A stretch of 64,000 nucleotides of DNA from Priapulus caudatus (lineage: Eukaryota): the NCBI RefSeq assembly GCF_000485595.1, contig NW_014577081.1:550732-614731 (forward strand). Reading direction: 5' to 3'. Positions within the stretch are counted from its first letter, which is position 1. Each line of letters starts with the position of its first letter. Made by a program: the position numbers and the translations under genes. Positions 37,501 through 50,200 of the stretch are shown here, one piece after another. The notes beneath the pieces are model-generated. The model was given only the letters and a program-made list of their open reading frames with translations. It was not told the DNA's origin and did no database searches.

Positions 37501-38879
37501 GCTTAAATGCATTTCAGTTTATGCTGAAAGTCTGGGGTGAAGCGATTAACAACCAACCAGAAGAGGTGAAGAGGTCTATGAAAGTGAAGCTGGAAAGAAC
37601 ACTTTATCACCAGACCGTCTCCTATCTGAAGCCTCTATTCCGGAAGCTAAAAACACGGGTGTGTATAATCACCCACCTTGTGCACCCACCTTGGCCTTTG
37701 TCTTGATGATGTGATCCTTGTAAGTTAGAGAGCGGTCTAAAGTAACATCTAGGTAAACTGGGCTATAAGTATGTGTCAGCCATTTCTCATATCATTTGAC
37801 TTTCAGTTGGTGATTTGCATCCTTGTTCTTTAGATGGAAGGCACTTATTTGTGTTTTGCCGGGATTGGCTCGTAGATGGTTTGCAGTGTAGTAAGTGGTT
37901 AGGCCTGCGAGAGCATCGGTGAGGGACTGTTCGACTTCATTGAAAGGACTGTTTCTGTGAAGCAATGCAGAGGTCATCTACATACAGGAAACTCCTGGTG
38001 TTTGGGTGTACTGGCTGGTCATTTGTGTATAGATTAAAGAGCAGAGGGGCCAGGACGCTTCCTTGTGGAAGGCCATTTTTTTGTCTACGCCATCTGCTGC
38101 AGTTACCATTAAGGTCCACGAAAAACCGCGTGTTTGCCAACAGTTTCTTGATCAATTCTGTCAGCTTCACGTCCTAATTTCTAGCTGGTATCGTTTTTTG
38201 GTAAGAATTCTATAATTGACTGTGTCGTAAGCTGAGGAGAGGTCAGCGAAAGCAGCTCCAGTAATCAGCCCTTTCTCGTATCCGTCTTCGATGAACTGTG
38301 TAAGGTTGAGGAGTTGGCTAGTACAGGATTTTCCTGGTCTAAAACCTGCCTGCTCTGGGATGAGGTGTTCATCCACGAAAGGGGTAAAACGGCTGAGAAT
38401 GAGTCTTTCAAAGAGCTTGTATGTATGGCAGAGCAATGTGATGGGCCTATAGCTAGCTGGACTAGCTGAGTCTTTACCAGGCTTTAGTATTGCAACCACT
38501 CTGTCTTTCCTCCACACTTCGGGCTGTTGTTAGTGAAGAGGCAGCTGTTAAACATATCAAGCAGCCATTGAAGAGCAGCGGGACCGAGATGCTTGATCTG
38601 CTCACACAAAATATCATCAAGTATCTTCATGTAATGATGTACGTTTTACTGTTTTACAGAGCATACCTACAGACTTGATGGAGAGTTTGGTTCTCATAAT
38701 TAAATTTCTGTTGGCTAGAGAATATGTACAGGTAATTTTTTTTATCTCTAACAATTTTTGCACATGTTAAAAATAAATATATGTGTATATAATATAAATA
38801 CATGTGTGTGTGCTTATGTTCGTGCATGCGTGTGAGTATGGAGAGAGATTGAAAGAGGGTGAGAGCGAGAGAGAGAGAA

Positions 38880-38942
<63 letters not shown>

Positions 38943-38967
38943 NNNNNNNNNNNNNNNNNNNNNNNNN

Positions 38968-39029
<62 letters not shown>

Positions 39030-39389
39030 GTATAGATCGGTAAATAGATGTGAAATCGTCATAGTTTCCACAAGCAATAGCATAGTTTCTACAAACATGC
39101 TAAATATTCACCTATAACTTATTAATTTAAAATGTTCTAGGCAAGTGATGCATACCTTCAGATGGCCATCGGCAATGCCCCCTGGCCTATTGGTGTCACC
39201 ATGCCCGGTATTCACGCTCGTACAGGACGAGAAAAGATTTCTTCAAAGTATGTTGGTCATGTTCTGAACGATGAAACCCAGCGCAAGTACATTCAGGGTC
39301 TCAAGCGTTTAATGACACAGTGTCAGAAGTTCTACCCAGCCGATCCCTCCAAGAGCATGGAGTACAATGCATTTAATTTTGACACTTAG
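28513..39389 (+). CDS. PRPF18: Pre-mRNA-splicing factor 18, 9 coding exons
   Basis: Exons 28513-28575 ([17 protein letters not shown]), 33610-33711 (KKYFKRGDL), 34444/34447-34542, 35277-35387 ([20 protein letters not shown]4-like motif), 35896-36048, 36500-36568, 37518-37658, 38660-38731 and 39141-39389 ([29 protein letters not shown]...[18 protein letters not shown]). All introns are phase 0 GT-AG. Confidence 0.96.
29010..29670. mobile_element. GGGTAC-family MITE with a nested second MITE (about 29130-29570)
   Basis: Outer ends match 24380-24593. Inner TIR is GTGCCCAAACTTGGAATCT / AGATTCCAAGTTTGGGTAC. Confidence 0.6.
29720..30715 (-). mobile_element. 5'-truncated non-LTR retrotransposon (L2/CR1 group) RT fragment, frameshifted
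   Basis: [19 protein letters not shown]...KLFADD...[10 protein letters not shown]...[12 protein letters not shown]. After a frameshift it continues [20 protein letters not shown]...[12 protein letters not shown]. Confidence 0.9.
30768..31843. mobile_element. Tc1/mariner(pogo)-type MITE with a nested element (about 31260-31648)
   Basis: TA|CAGTTGACCTCGCTTAATTCGT ... ACGAATTAAGCGAGGTTGACT. The nested element has GTGGACACACTAG / CTAGTGTGTCCAC TIRs. Confidence 0.72.
36255..36389. repeat. (TACA)n microsatellite
   Basis: Perfect tetranucleotide run in PRP18 intron 5. Confidence 0.95.
36591..37349. mobile_element. hAT-like MITE carrying a nested Kolobok-like element
   Basis: TIR CAGGGGTCGAAATAAG / CTTATTTCTACCCCTG with GGACCAT subterminal repeats. 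Confidence 0.65.
36758..37116. mobile_element. TTAA-flanked MITE (Kolobok-like)
   Basis: TTAA|AGGGATTACGTCAC ... GTGACGTAATCACT|TTAA. A second copy lies at 63795-64000 in the opposite orientation. Confidence 0.8.
37675..38630 (-). mobile_element. Degenerate non-LTR retrotransposon RT fragment (Ingi/Vingi-like)
   Basis: [70 protein letters not shown] and LYVDDL are spread over three frames. The clade assignment is tentative. Confidence 0.88.
38860..39025. repeat. (GA)n microsatellite spanning an assembly gap
   Basis: GA run with N at 38943-38967. Confidence 0.95.
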
Positions 39390-39929
39390 CTAGTGCGTCA
39401 TTATATAATTGTTAGCAATGACAGTAATATTAATTTGTCATGTTGTAAAAATGGGATTATATTTAGTCTGGTGGACAATTTCTTATACTATAGGATAGAT
39501 GACATTTTATCGTAAACAAACAACAACATGTAAACAAATCTGAATCTTTGGTCGATCTAGCTGTCCACGTTATAGGAGTTTTTACTGTAAAATTGAGAAA
39601 ATTGCAAAATAACTTACACATAGCTGTGCTCAAAGCAACGTGCCCTCCAACCGTTATCTGTTACAGAAAAAGAAATGTATTTTGTGTTTTTTTGTAAAAA
39701 GTTGTACATGAATGCTACGTATAATAAAAATATGATGTAAATAACAAAAGTGTTTCCGTACCTTCTTAAGGATACAGTCAGGGTTACGGACAGGTACCTC
39801 TGTAAAGGGCATTGCAACATAACTGCTCACCAAATTCAATCAAACATATCTATGTAATAAAAGAGATGTCTCTCTACGCTCACGATGAAAATAATCATGA
39901 AAAAATTCATTAGTAACTTAGTGATGGCA

Positions 39930-40104
39930 AAGAGGAGATAAAGGAGAAAGAGGCGGAGGGAGGGAAGAATGCAGACGGAGACGTGCACACGCATGCGCAG
40001 TACACACGCGCAGACAAACGCACGTACGGTACACACACACAGGCACGGATGCTCATATTTCTTCTAATATAGTTACTTCTCTCGCCTTCCCGCTCACTCA
40101 TCCC

Positions 40105-40147
<43 letters not shown>

Positions 40148-40700
40148 AACTTTTTCACCTCGCGAGGCACAAAATGTGAATTTACGTCTATAATACACGC
40201 GCGCGCGTGCGTGTAACCTAGGGTCCCTATATACAGACCCCCTACTCTGTACCCCTACTGTGTACTCTGTATACAGGGACCCTAGTGTAACCATACCCGC
40301 TTGTGCGCGCCCGGTCGCGTGTGTGTGTGTTTGTGTGACTGTAAAAACACGTATTATAGCCGTATAGTCATATTTTGTGTTTTTTTTGGGGGGGTGTGAA
40401 AAAGTTGAGGCTGAAAACCGGCCATTTGCCTGGCTAACTTTTCACCGTTCACCTGATGCCGTGGGCGATACTATCCGCGAGAGGGGGAGAGAAATACAGA
40501 GAATAATGGAGTAAGAGGGGAGGAGGAAGGAAAGGAAGAGAAAAGAGAGAGGGACCGAGGGAGGGAAGAATGCAGACGGAGAGGTGCACACGTATGCACA
40601 GTACACACGCACAGACAAACGCACGTACGGCACACGCACAGGCACGGATGCACATATTTCTTCTAATATAGTTACTTCTCTCGCCTTCCCGCTCACCCAT

Positions 40701-40770
<70 letters not shown>
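39930..40770. repeat. Two about 200-bp direct repeats ending in (CT)n
   Basis: GGAGGGAAGAATGCAGACGGAGA...CATATTTCTTCTAATATAGTTACTTCTCTCGCCTTCCCGCTCAC occurs at about 39958-40140 and 40558-40770. Confidence 0.75.
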
Positions 40771-40806
40771 GAAACACACACAAACCACACACACACACCA
40801 CACCAC

Positions 40807-40855
<49 letters not shown>

Positions 40856-40879
40856 CCTCTCTTTCTCTTTCTCTTCACG

Positions 40880-41857
40880 CACAAACTCGATTACAACAAA
40901 TCAAAACAAAACAGAATAAATGTATGCGTTCCATCTTCTTTGCTAAAAAAAAAGAAAGTGCTACCCTATACTACAACCTTCTAGACATTCTTAATCTTGA
41001 TAATGTTTTTAAACTCAAAATCTCAACTCTTGTACACAAAATCAAGTATGTTAAAACGGATATTCATGCAGCCTTTATTGATCTAATTCCTTCTGCTTTA
41101 CAAATACATAATTATAACACTAGGTATGCCTCAAAAGGTAATCTACACAGAGCTGCCTCCAGGACTAACTATGGTCTATCTCGATTTAAGTCTCTGGCCT
41201 CAAGGATATGGGAAACAATTCCTCTTGAAATGAAAACCTCGCCTCACAGTAAATTTAAACATGATTATAAGCTATTCCTTCTAGACAGCCAGTAATAATC
41301 AATTAAATTAAATTAGTGCGTGTTATTTAGGACCATTGGTTATATATTATATTATGATTGTTTGCTTGCACTTGTTACTTATTACTTATTACATCAATTG
41401 TATTTTTTGTTCTACTGTTCCATATATATGTATATATGTATATATTTTGTTTGTACCTAGACAGCCAGAAATGTTCAATTAAATTAGTGTATGTTATTTA
41501 GGACCATTAGAAATTAGTTATATATTATATTATAATTGCTTTCTTGTTCTTGTTACCTATTACATCAATTGTATTTTTTGTTCTAGATACTGTTCCATAT
41601 ATGTATGTATGTATGTATATATTTTGTTTCCCTCTTATTTCCTATATTTAGTTTAATTGTACTTTTCCCTCGGACTTTTTATTACCTATGGTAGTGGTCA
41701 ACTCGAAAGCTTATTAATTGCTACTTTGACCACTACGCACATTCACCTTGAACCTATCGATTCTATAATATTATTTATTTCTCTCCCTTTTTACTTCTAT
41801 CTGAAATTATCTGTACAAATGAATGAAAAGTGCAAAATAAAATGAATCTGAATCTGA
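40880..41857 (+). mobile_element. 3' end of an L2/Crack-like LINE
   Basis: ORF 40924-41295 (LDILNLDNVFKLKI...HNYNTRYA...RTNYG...RIWETIP...FK) is a typical ORF2 C-terminus. The 3' UTR has an about 175-bp tandem duplication and an AATAAA + (ATCTGA)n tail. Confidence 0.72.
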
Positions 41858-42581
41858 TGAATCTGCACGCACGCACGCACGCACACACGCACTCATTCAC
41901 GCACACACATACATACACTCTCTCTCCCACTCTCTCTCTCTCGCAATTTTTCTCTTTCTCGGGCGCTATATATATACACATGACCTGTCCTAATATAATT
42001 GGCAGAGTGTGTGTAGATAAAATAATGTAATCCAACAAGAGTAGGCTTGAATGTTGGGTTACATTATTGTATCTAGACTCTAGCGTGTGGAACTGGCACG
42101 CGGCGTAGTGCTTTTAACTTTGTCAGTCTTTGATTGGGAATTAGTGTAATACGGTGTTAACTTATTATTTGCAAATGTTTTTTTGGGAAACTAACCAAAA
42201 TGTATTGTAATCATTCCTGGAAACATATCAAAGTATCCAAAAACTAATTTTACTGTGAAATAGAAATATTAAATAGCAGACGAATGGTGGAGACGAAACG
42301 GCGACGTGAATGACGATGACGATAATGAATTTCAACAAGTGAACATTAAATGGAAAGCAAACATGGTGTAAAAAACAAAGGTATGTCTTGTTAGTTCTTC
42401 TTTTTATAATGATACATTTTGTATATTCATAGATTGTGTGTTTCGTTATGATTTGTGAGTGTTATGTAGTTCAAGTTGACGCCAGATAATAAACCGATAG
42501 AAACTATCCGTCTATCGTGCTCACCGAAATCGAATAATCACTGTCACTCGACCACTCGGACCAGGCACTGAGTCTGACGCT

Positions 42582-42751
42582 GAAGGGGTCGTTGTCGTAT
42601 ATGTAGTACTAGTAGTCGGCGAGTATGTCGCCTACGCCTACTCCCTAATAGTAACCCTAATCCTAACCCTAACACCCTAACCATAACCCTAACCATATCA
42701 GATAGTTACTTTGAGTACATATTATACGCCATTATACGACAACGACCCTTC
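42582..42751. mobile_element. Small MITE containing TAACCC-like repeats
   Basis: TIR GAAGGGGTCGTTGTCGTATA / TATACGACAACGACCCTTC. Confidence 0.6.
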
Positions 42752-43848
42752 GTGCGGCACCTGACTGAGGCCAGTGGCAGTGGTTGAGTCAGTAATAGTA
42801 CTAGTACTACTAGTACTAGTACTAGTAGTAGTAGTAGTACTATAGTCCGCTTACATTAACTGCCGCTGGTTAGCCAGCGGTTAACGCCAGCGGCAGTTAG
42901 TGTAGGCGGGCTATAGTACTAGAGCTATGGCTGAGTGAGGCTGATTGATAGGGTCTAATACTAGTCTATGACTCCCTGGGTACTGCCGGACCTGTTTTTT
43001 ACCTATATACCGTACATAAAGAAAAATCAATAATTATTCACGCGAGGATTTTTCTAAATGTACTCTTGTAAAATTTATTGACAAATAAAATCAAGGTAAG
43101 ACTAGGACTAGAAGGGTAACCTGAAATGCATGTGGGGGGTGGGGGATTGGGCTCTCTTGCATATAGTTACTCAATTCAGATATTCCACTCACTTTGCTAA
43201 TTTGAGATAAGTATTGAAGCTAGTGCCGTAAAGCGGCACGCTTCCTGTCAACAGTCGGTCGAGGGGTTCAAAATTGGGTACGGTTGGGTACGGTCAGGTA
43301 TACCAGACAGTTACCAGGGTACATTCTGGTATACCGGACCGTACCTAGGTTACGGTCTGGCAGTACCCAGGGAGGCATAGACCTATCAGCGCCAGTGAGG
43401 CACTGAGTGCACTGAGATACTGAGACAGTAAAAATAGTTTTAGTGTTTTACTGGGACTGGCGCTACCAGTGAACACTCACTACTAGACTTTGTAATCTAT
43501 GCCAATTTTTATTGGTGGCTTGTATTGTACATTTTTTTGCGACAAGGTACACTAATTTATTGTACTTATGTAATTCAAAATGCGGGTATAATGTACTATT
43601 CTGCAGATCTAGGCTGGATTTGTTCGTATACTGCATTATTTCCAATAATTAGCCCTCCAGTCCATAGTACTAGTAGCCTTATTAATGCTCGTGCTGAGGA
43701 GTGACACACAATTTGAGTTGTCTTTCAATACTGAAAAATGTAAAAAAAATCTTTGCATTATACCTGCTCTTAATCATCCTTGACTTTTACTTACCTGGCA
43801 GAAATATCTATCTATTACCGACAGAATATTCTTAAAAGATCTATAGAC

Positions 43849-44935
43849 TTTTTAGCTCAACTGACACGGTCCTGAAGATGGAGCTTGTACATGTATTGGC
43901 ATGAGTGTCCGTCCGTCCCTCCATCCCCCAACAGTTGGGTACAAATCTAAACGGCTTGACGTACAGTTTAGAAATTTGGGACGCAGGGGAGTAATCCGAA
44001 AACACATTGGGAGCTCGAATCTGGGGGGGTCAAGGGTCAAAGGTTAGGATGTTTAAAGGAAGGGGGAAGATTCCTCTCTTAACTTAAGGTATAGGGAGGA
44101 AATGCGGAATTGTGGTACAAATCTAAACGGCTTAACCTATGCTCTTGATAATCGGTATATATAGCGTCATGGTTCAAAACGCCGTCACTGTGCCAAAATT
44201 GGAGGTCAAAGGGCAGTGGGGCAAAGAGCAGATTTTAGACATTTGCTGAGGACATGGTCTGACGTCAGCGGTGACGTACCATTTTTATGGCTTAATTGAA
44301 AGGACCATGAAATGTGCTCTTCGCAGATGTGGGAAGAGTAGCTGTCTGCACTGACCTTTTGCAGTGCCTGAAATGAGAGCCCAAAAATTTTTGGGGGGTG
44401 AGTAAACATTTTGAGTCACTGGCCCAAATGGATTGTTGGAGGCACAAATTTTTAGCTCATCTGACGTAGTCTGCTTTTGACCCTCAAGAGGATGGTTAAA
44501 CATTGATCAAAGGACTGAACTGCTTTTGCTATTAGAGGTCATACCAGTGCTCCCACCTGGATGTGAAAGGCTACATTTGCACAGTTCAATTGCAAAGGCA
44601 AAAGTTTGTTGAACAAACTTTACGCTCCTTAAATCATATTATTTTAGCAGTCTGTATATTTAATAGCACCCAGCCAAAGTCCTGTTTATGCAATGCAGAT
44701 GTGTTTACTGAATTTATTACTCACCGCTGAGCTTTGAGCTAGGAGCTCTTTATCGTGACACTCGTTTATCTTTACCTTATAAGTTATATCTGTTTGGCTC
44801 TTTAGCACTGTACAGCCCTTCACGGCACCACAGGCCCTAAATATGTGAAACGTCCTGTAGCCCTGTGCTGTAGCAAAGGGTAGTACAGTAGAGCAGCAGA
44901 CCTCAGATGAGCACTGTCGCTATGCGGCACTTGTT
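43849..44935 (+). mobile_element. Helentron-associated non-autonomous element (HINE-like)
   Basis: TTTTTAGCTCA 5' end, GTCC microsatellite, and 3' CCTCAGATGAGCAC...hairpin...CTTGTT. Homologous to 13542-14590. Confidence 0.7.
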
Positions 44936-45857
44936 ATTACTCAAAAATGAGTCTAAACCTACTAAATCTACATTTAGTAGCTTAAAATGTTTAAAACTAG
45001 TTTTTGGTGGAGAAGTGAAAGTGATATTCATATGTGATAGAAGTCCATTGCGGGAACTTTTGGAGAGGAACTTTCGATTGTTGGAGAACTACTGATAACA
45101 GATATAATTTATGCTAATTTATGCAGGAATAAAAAGTGGAACTATGTAATTAATTAAAGATTAATTGCATCAAGAGGCATACCAGGTGCAGCACCCTTTA
45201 AATCATGTTGGCATATGGAATTGGAATTTCAAGGTGATATAATGAAAATTAACAAAAGTAGAGTAAAAAGATTACATTTTTTGGTCTTTTTGATGACCAT
45301 GGCATGTACTCCCTATTGTTGTAAGGCAATTATAAATGGGCGATATTCTCCAAAAGGGCCCAAAAGTTGCCACCTTCAAAAGTCAATTTCTCAGCACTCC
45401 CTTGATCAAATTTCAAAATTTTAAATGTTCTATGCGTCTGGTGATGTCCTCTAAAAGTTTTGTTGTCTAAAAGTTGCATTACAATTTTAGTGTGGCATTG
45501 CTATTTGGTTAGTTGCAAAATTGAAGCTTTTTGTATTGAGTTCTGCAGTGTTGCTCTGTTTATTTGATCAACTTTGTCTCTCCATTTTTTATATATTCCC
45601 GTGGACTATAGTATAGTATAGGCCTATCGACTAATCTTTATGAGGTTACATTATGTTGTGGTGTAGTTGTACCATAGATAGTGTCTAGTGTTTGTAAATT
45701 TTATGTTTGTTAACAACCATTATTTATTTTATATATTTATTTACTTAGGTAATTATCCATATATATTAACATACTGTTACAATATATTTTAAATTCATGA
45801 AATTTGATAACTACCAAGGATATCATATATACACAAAAGGTATGACTAGCACACTAA

Positions 45858-46086
45858 TTACCTCCGCCCACGGAGTGGAGGAGGTTATGTGATCGCTCTC
45901 GTGTAGTGTGTTCGTGTGTTAGTGCGTTCGTGTTAGTGTGTTGGCGCGATCGATATTAGCGCGTCGAGTCTGCAGCAGGCTAGTCAGTCAGCAGCAGCCA
46001 GCAGCGAGCGGCGAGCCAGCTCGTAACACATACATGTTACATTCTGGCGGAGGTATGCACTCTCCGTGAGTGCCCTCTGTCTAGTT
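45858..46086 (+). mobile_element. Short HINE-like element
   Basis: TTACCTCCGCC...GGAGGTTATG 5' end, and GGCGGAGGTATGCACTCTCCGTGAGTGC + CTAGTT 3' end. Confidence 0.7.
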
Positions 46087-47222
46087 TACATTGTGGTCCT
46101 TGCTACTACTGCTGCATTGCTACCATGGGTGTTGTAAGGTGTATGGTATATTTGACCCCAAAATTCTATTGCCATGTTAAGGTGCAATTAAAATATACTT
46201 CATGTACATTGGGATTATAACAAGATGTCTGATATAATTATGTAAACCTGGTTGTGTATCTAGTCTCTTGCGACATCTAGTCGTACATTTGTTTGCATTT
46301 GTAAACAAATAATATCAGCTAACACAATGGTCACTCTCAAAATAACCATAAATTTACTTATTACTTTTATTATTATTATTACTTGTTATTTATTATTATT
46401 ATTATTATAATTATTATTATTAGTAGTAGTAGTAGCAGAGTTTGCCCTGCATTGACACGAGCGAATTAAAAATTCTCAGCTGCCACACAGAAATTTGTCC
46501 AAAACACCGCCTCGCTGACGAAAATCAATGTTCTTCCATAGAACAGTGCTTATAATACACCAAAATAGGTTATAATGCACCAAATTGCACCATCTCAAAA
46601 AAAATTTGGGGGGGGATGCCCCTGGACTCCCCTAGCTGGGCGAGCACCTACCGTGCTCGCTTTGCTAGGACCTCGAAAACACACCACAAGATTTTTTACC
46701 ACTTCACATACCTTTTTGGCCAGGGGAAACACTGCAGTATTTTTTGTAATACAATATTCTAAAATCCATGTAACAGTATTATGCTTGTTTATGTTTGGTG
46801 TAGGTTAGATTTACTGTCTCCAAGCTGTACAGTAAGTTAAGTAACAAAAAAAACACATAAAAATTATATGAAGAGTCATTTCATCAATGTTAGCAAATTC
46901 TAAATTTTTTTTTTTTTGACAATCGATTATTTATTTTTATAATCGAGCGCTTAGTCGGTTGCTGCAAACGACTGACCTTCGATTATAATCGATCATCGGG
47001 ACATCACTATCTATAAGTATAATATGCTTGATTAACTAGTAAACCATTAGCAAGTACTTGCCATGGGGCAGATTACATGCCACAGTGCAGCTGTAATTTA
47101 GCTATCCAAGAATGTTATTCAGCTCAATTGTAGCAGTAGTTTCTATTTGTTACACATCTAGGTAATAAAAGAGGTGTCTGAACCAGTATAGTATCTGCAC
47201 GGTGTATTTCACCTCTCGTGTC

Positions 47223-50200
47223 ATGGAGGCTGATGAGGAACTGGTATCATCTGGGTCTAACACAGACTTGTATCAGCAAGATAACCTGTTGTCTCGATCA
47301 GAGTCGCTTAAAGGTTAGTGTGTGTGTGTTGTGGTTAGTGTTTATAGCATCAAGTTGGTGTGATTGTTAGTGCCCCCATCCTGCATAGAACATGACCTTT
47401 CTTTTTGATCTAGCATGTCCTCATTATATTTTACTCAGCATTATTTAGCTTCTAGTTGTTTTGGCTACAATATAGCTTGATGGTTAGTAGCATCTTGTTT
47501 TTTCTCAGCATTTAAAAATTGGCATTTAAAAATATTTCAGAATAGTATTATAGTACTGTATAGAGTCAAACAGCACACGTCATTCCTGACAGCGAAACCT
47601 AAACGTTCTAAACACATTTAAATCCTTTCATTACTATGTCAATTTATGTCAAATCCTACTCAATGTAGAGAATTATGTGTGGAATATTTTACATACAAAA
47701 GTCGTTCTTAGGTCACAGCAGCACGGTGCCTGACTCTGCCGGCAGTACCATCTCTAACACGCCTCTGAACCCCTGGCCGGATGCAGGGCTTCCTTCTCAG
47801 CTCGGCAGTGAATGTGCAACTTCTGCCGGCATGCCGATGCACGAGGATGAGCCACAGTCACTTGCGAGCAATGCAGATGCGGTTGAACCCGACAGTCAGT
47901 CTCAGAGTTTCTATGAGCAGAAGTCTGTGGAGAAGGATATGGTTGTGTCGACGTCTGATCCAGTGCAACCTTATAGCAATGGGACCGTTGGAGATTGCCC
48001 AGTGCCATCTATACCTGGAAGTCGCAGTGAGGGCGAATATATGAGGGGGATCCTAGAAACAGGTGCAAGTAAACAAACAGCAGTACCAGACACGAGTGGT
48101 GAGTGCGTTCTCTTCTTATTACCTCCGCCCACCAACGGAGTTGGAGGAGGTTATGTTTTCGCTCTCGTGTGTTAGTGTGTTAGTGTGTTAGTGTGTTAGT
48201 GTGTTAGTGTGTTAGTGTGTTAGTGTGTTTGTGTGTTTGCGCGATTGATATTAGCCAGCCAGCCAGCCCGCCAGCGAGTCAGCAAGCCGTGGCGTATGGC
48301 GTATGTCGTTGGCGGTCGATCGATATCACCCAGCGAGTCAGCAAGCCAGCGAGCGTGTACATGTGAGCGAGCAGCAGCAACGAGCGGCTGCTACGAGCGA
48401 GTGGCAGCAAGACAGCGAGCGTGTACATGTGAGCGAGCAGCAGCAACGAGCGGCTGCTACGAACGAGCGAGCAGCAAGCCAACAAGCCAGCGTGTACATG
48501 TCAGTACGCTGGCGTATATCGTGGGTTATTCGTGTGTTCGTGAGTCGTATGGCGTATGTTGTTGGTGGAGGTATGCACTCTCCGTGAGTGCACTCTGTCT
48601 AGTATTATATAAAGTTGTTCAGCCGAATTAGTCCGAACTCGCATAACCAGAGGACTCCGCAGCCTAGAGGAATACTAAAGATATTTTCAGAATCGGCACG
48701 TCTGGGAGGTGGTTCTGCGTGAAACAAAAATTTAAAAAAGTTAAAAAGTTGAAAATTTATTAAAATTCTATTCATCAATAGATGGTGGTGCGTACAGATT
48801 AACATCACAGACGTGTGAATCCATGGGGTATACCCTTAATGGCGCAGTGGACTAATTGCTAGAACATCCGTCTCCTACACCGGGATTCCGGGTTCGAGTC
48901 CCAGCTGGGGAACTTATTTTGCCTCTTTATTCCTTTTTTCCCCTTTACCTACCTCTAGTATTACCTTTACCTACTATTATTTTTTAACTTTTAATCAGGC
49001 TTTCATTTTTAAGGGGCGCGATCGCGCTCGCGCTCCACCGCGCACCATAAATTGTGCCATGGTGCGCGCATCATCGCGCCTCATAAAAGTGGTTGAAATC
49101 GCGCACCAAATGTCTGTGTATTATGTTGAAATAGCGCTCCATTTTACAGGGATGAGAATCTTCCGCGGATCCGCGGAAATCCGCGGATTTCACAGTCCCA
49201 GGGTCGATTTTGTGAAACGTCTAAATCCGTTGAGAGAAAATTTTAGGGGGGTTAGAATGTACAAATTTTCATTTTACAGTCCAACAGCCTACTAACAGTA
49301 CCTTCATTTAATACCATTGTAATATAGTTTGCTTTACAATATAGACACGGCTTAGTTCACTGTTTGAGATTGTCAGACGTTGGCCAGTGTGTGCGTTTAT
49401 TTGACGCTGCAAGTGTGTGTGGTTGTGTATGCCGCGCGTGCTACGCAGGCCGTATATATAGTACGCGATCGATCGATCGTGTACATCAAAAGCCGCCGCG
49501 TCACGCGTGGCCTTGAGGCTAGTTTTCCCTGTCCACAGAGTTGCAATGGATCGCGAGCCCTGACTGGAGTATCTATTCTAGCCCAACTCTTGTTTCAGTA
49601 GCCAATGAGAATGCAGTTTTCATACACCCTTCGTCGTATCTTAAAACAATGGCAGACCTTTTAAGGGTGTGATTTTTAGTGGAGCTCTCCATCATGCCTC
49701 TTAAGGGTGTGATTTTTTAATGGAGCTCTCCATCATGCCTCTTAAGGGTGTGATTATAGAGCGTGAAAAGTCCCCCTATGGTGTTCTAGGGGAGTCATTA
49801 GTAGTCCTCCTATACTTTTCAAATCTGAAAGCCTGTTTAATTTTAATTTTTTATAGTTAATGTCTTATCTTTTGATTTCTTCTTATTTTTTACTGTTTGG
49901 GATGGGATGGGATGGTATGGGATGGGATGGGATGCGGTGCGATGGGATGGGATGGGATGGCATGGCATGGCATGGTATGTCATGGGATGGCATGAGATGC
50001 GATGAGATGCGATGAGATGGGATGGGATGGGATATGGGATATGGGATATGGGATGGGATGGCATGGCATGGAATGGGATGGATGCATGGATGGATGCATG
50101 GATAGATAAATAGTTAGATTTTTTGGGGTATTTTTCTTTCAACCAAGCGGTCACCAACTGAGTAACGCCACTGATTTCTCCGGGCAACGCCGGGTATCTC

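Noticed and set aside
36196..40884. ORFs made of MYVC, ERER, SLSL or VCVC repeats
   Set aside because: These are translations of microsatellites.
42652..42697. Telomere-like (TAACCC)n, also at about 13270 and 55670
   Set aside because: Short, degenerate and embedded in small mobile elements or introns. Not a chromosome end.
48830..48912. Functional tRNA gene
   Set aside because: The acceptor and anticodon stems do not pair properly, so it is kept only as tRNA-derived.
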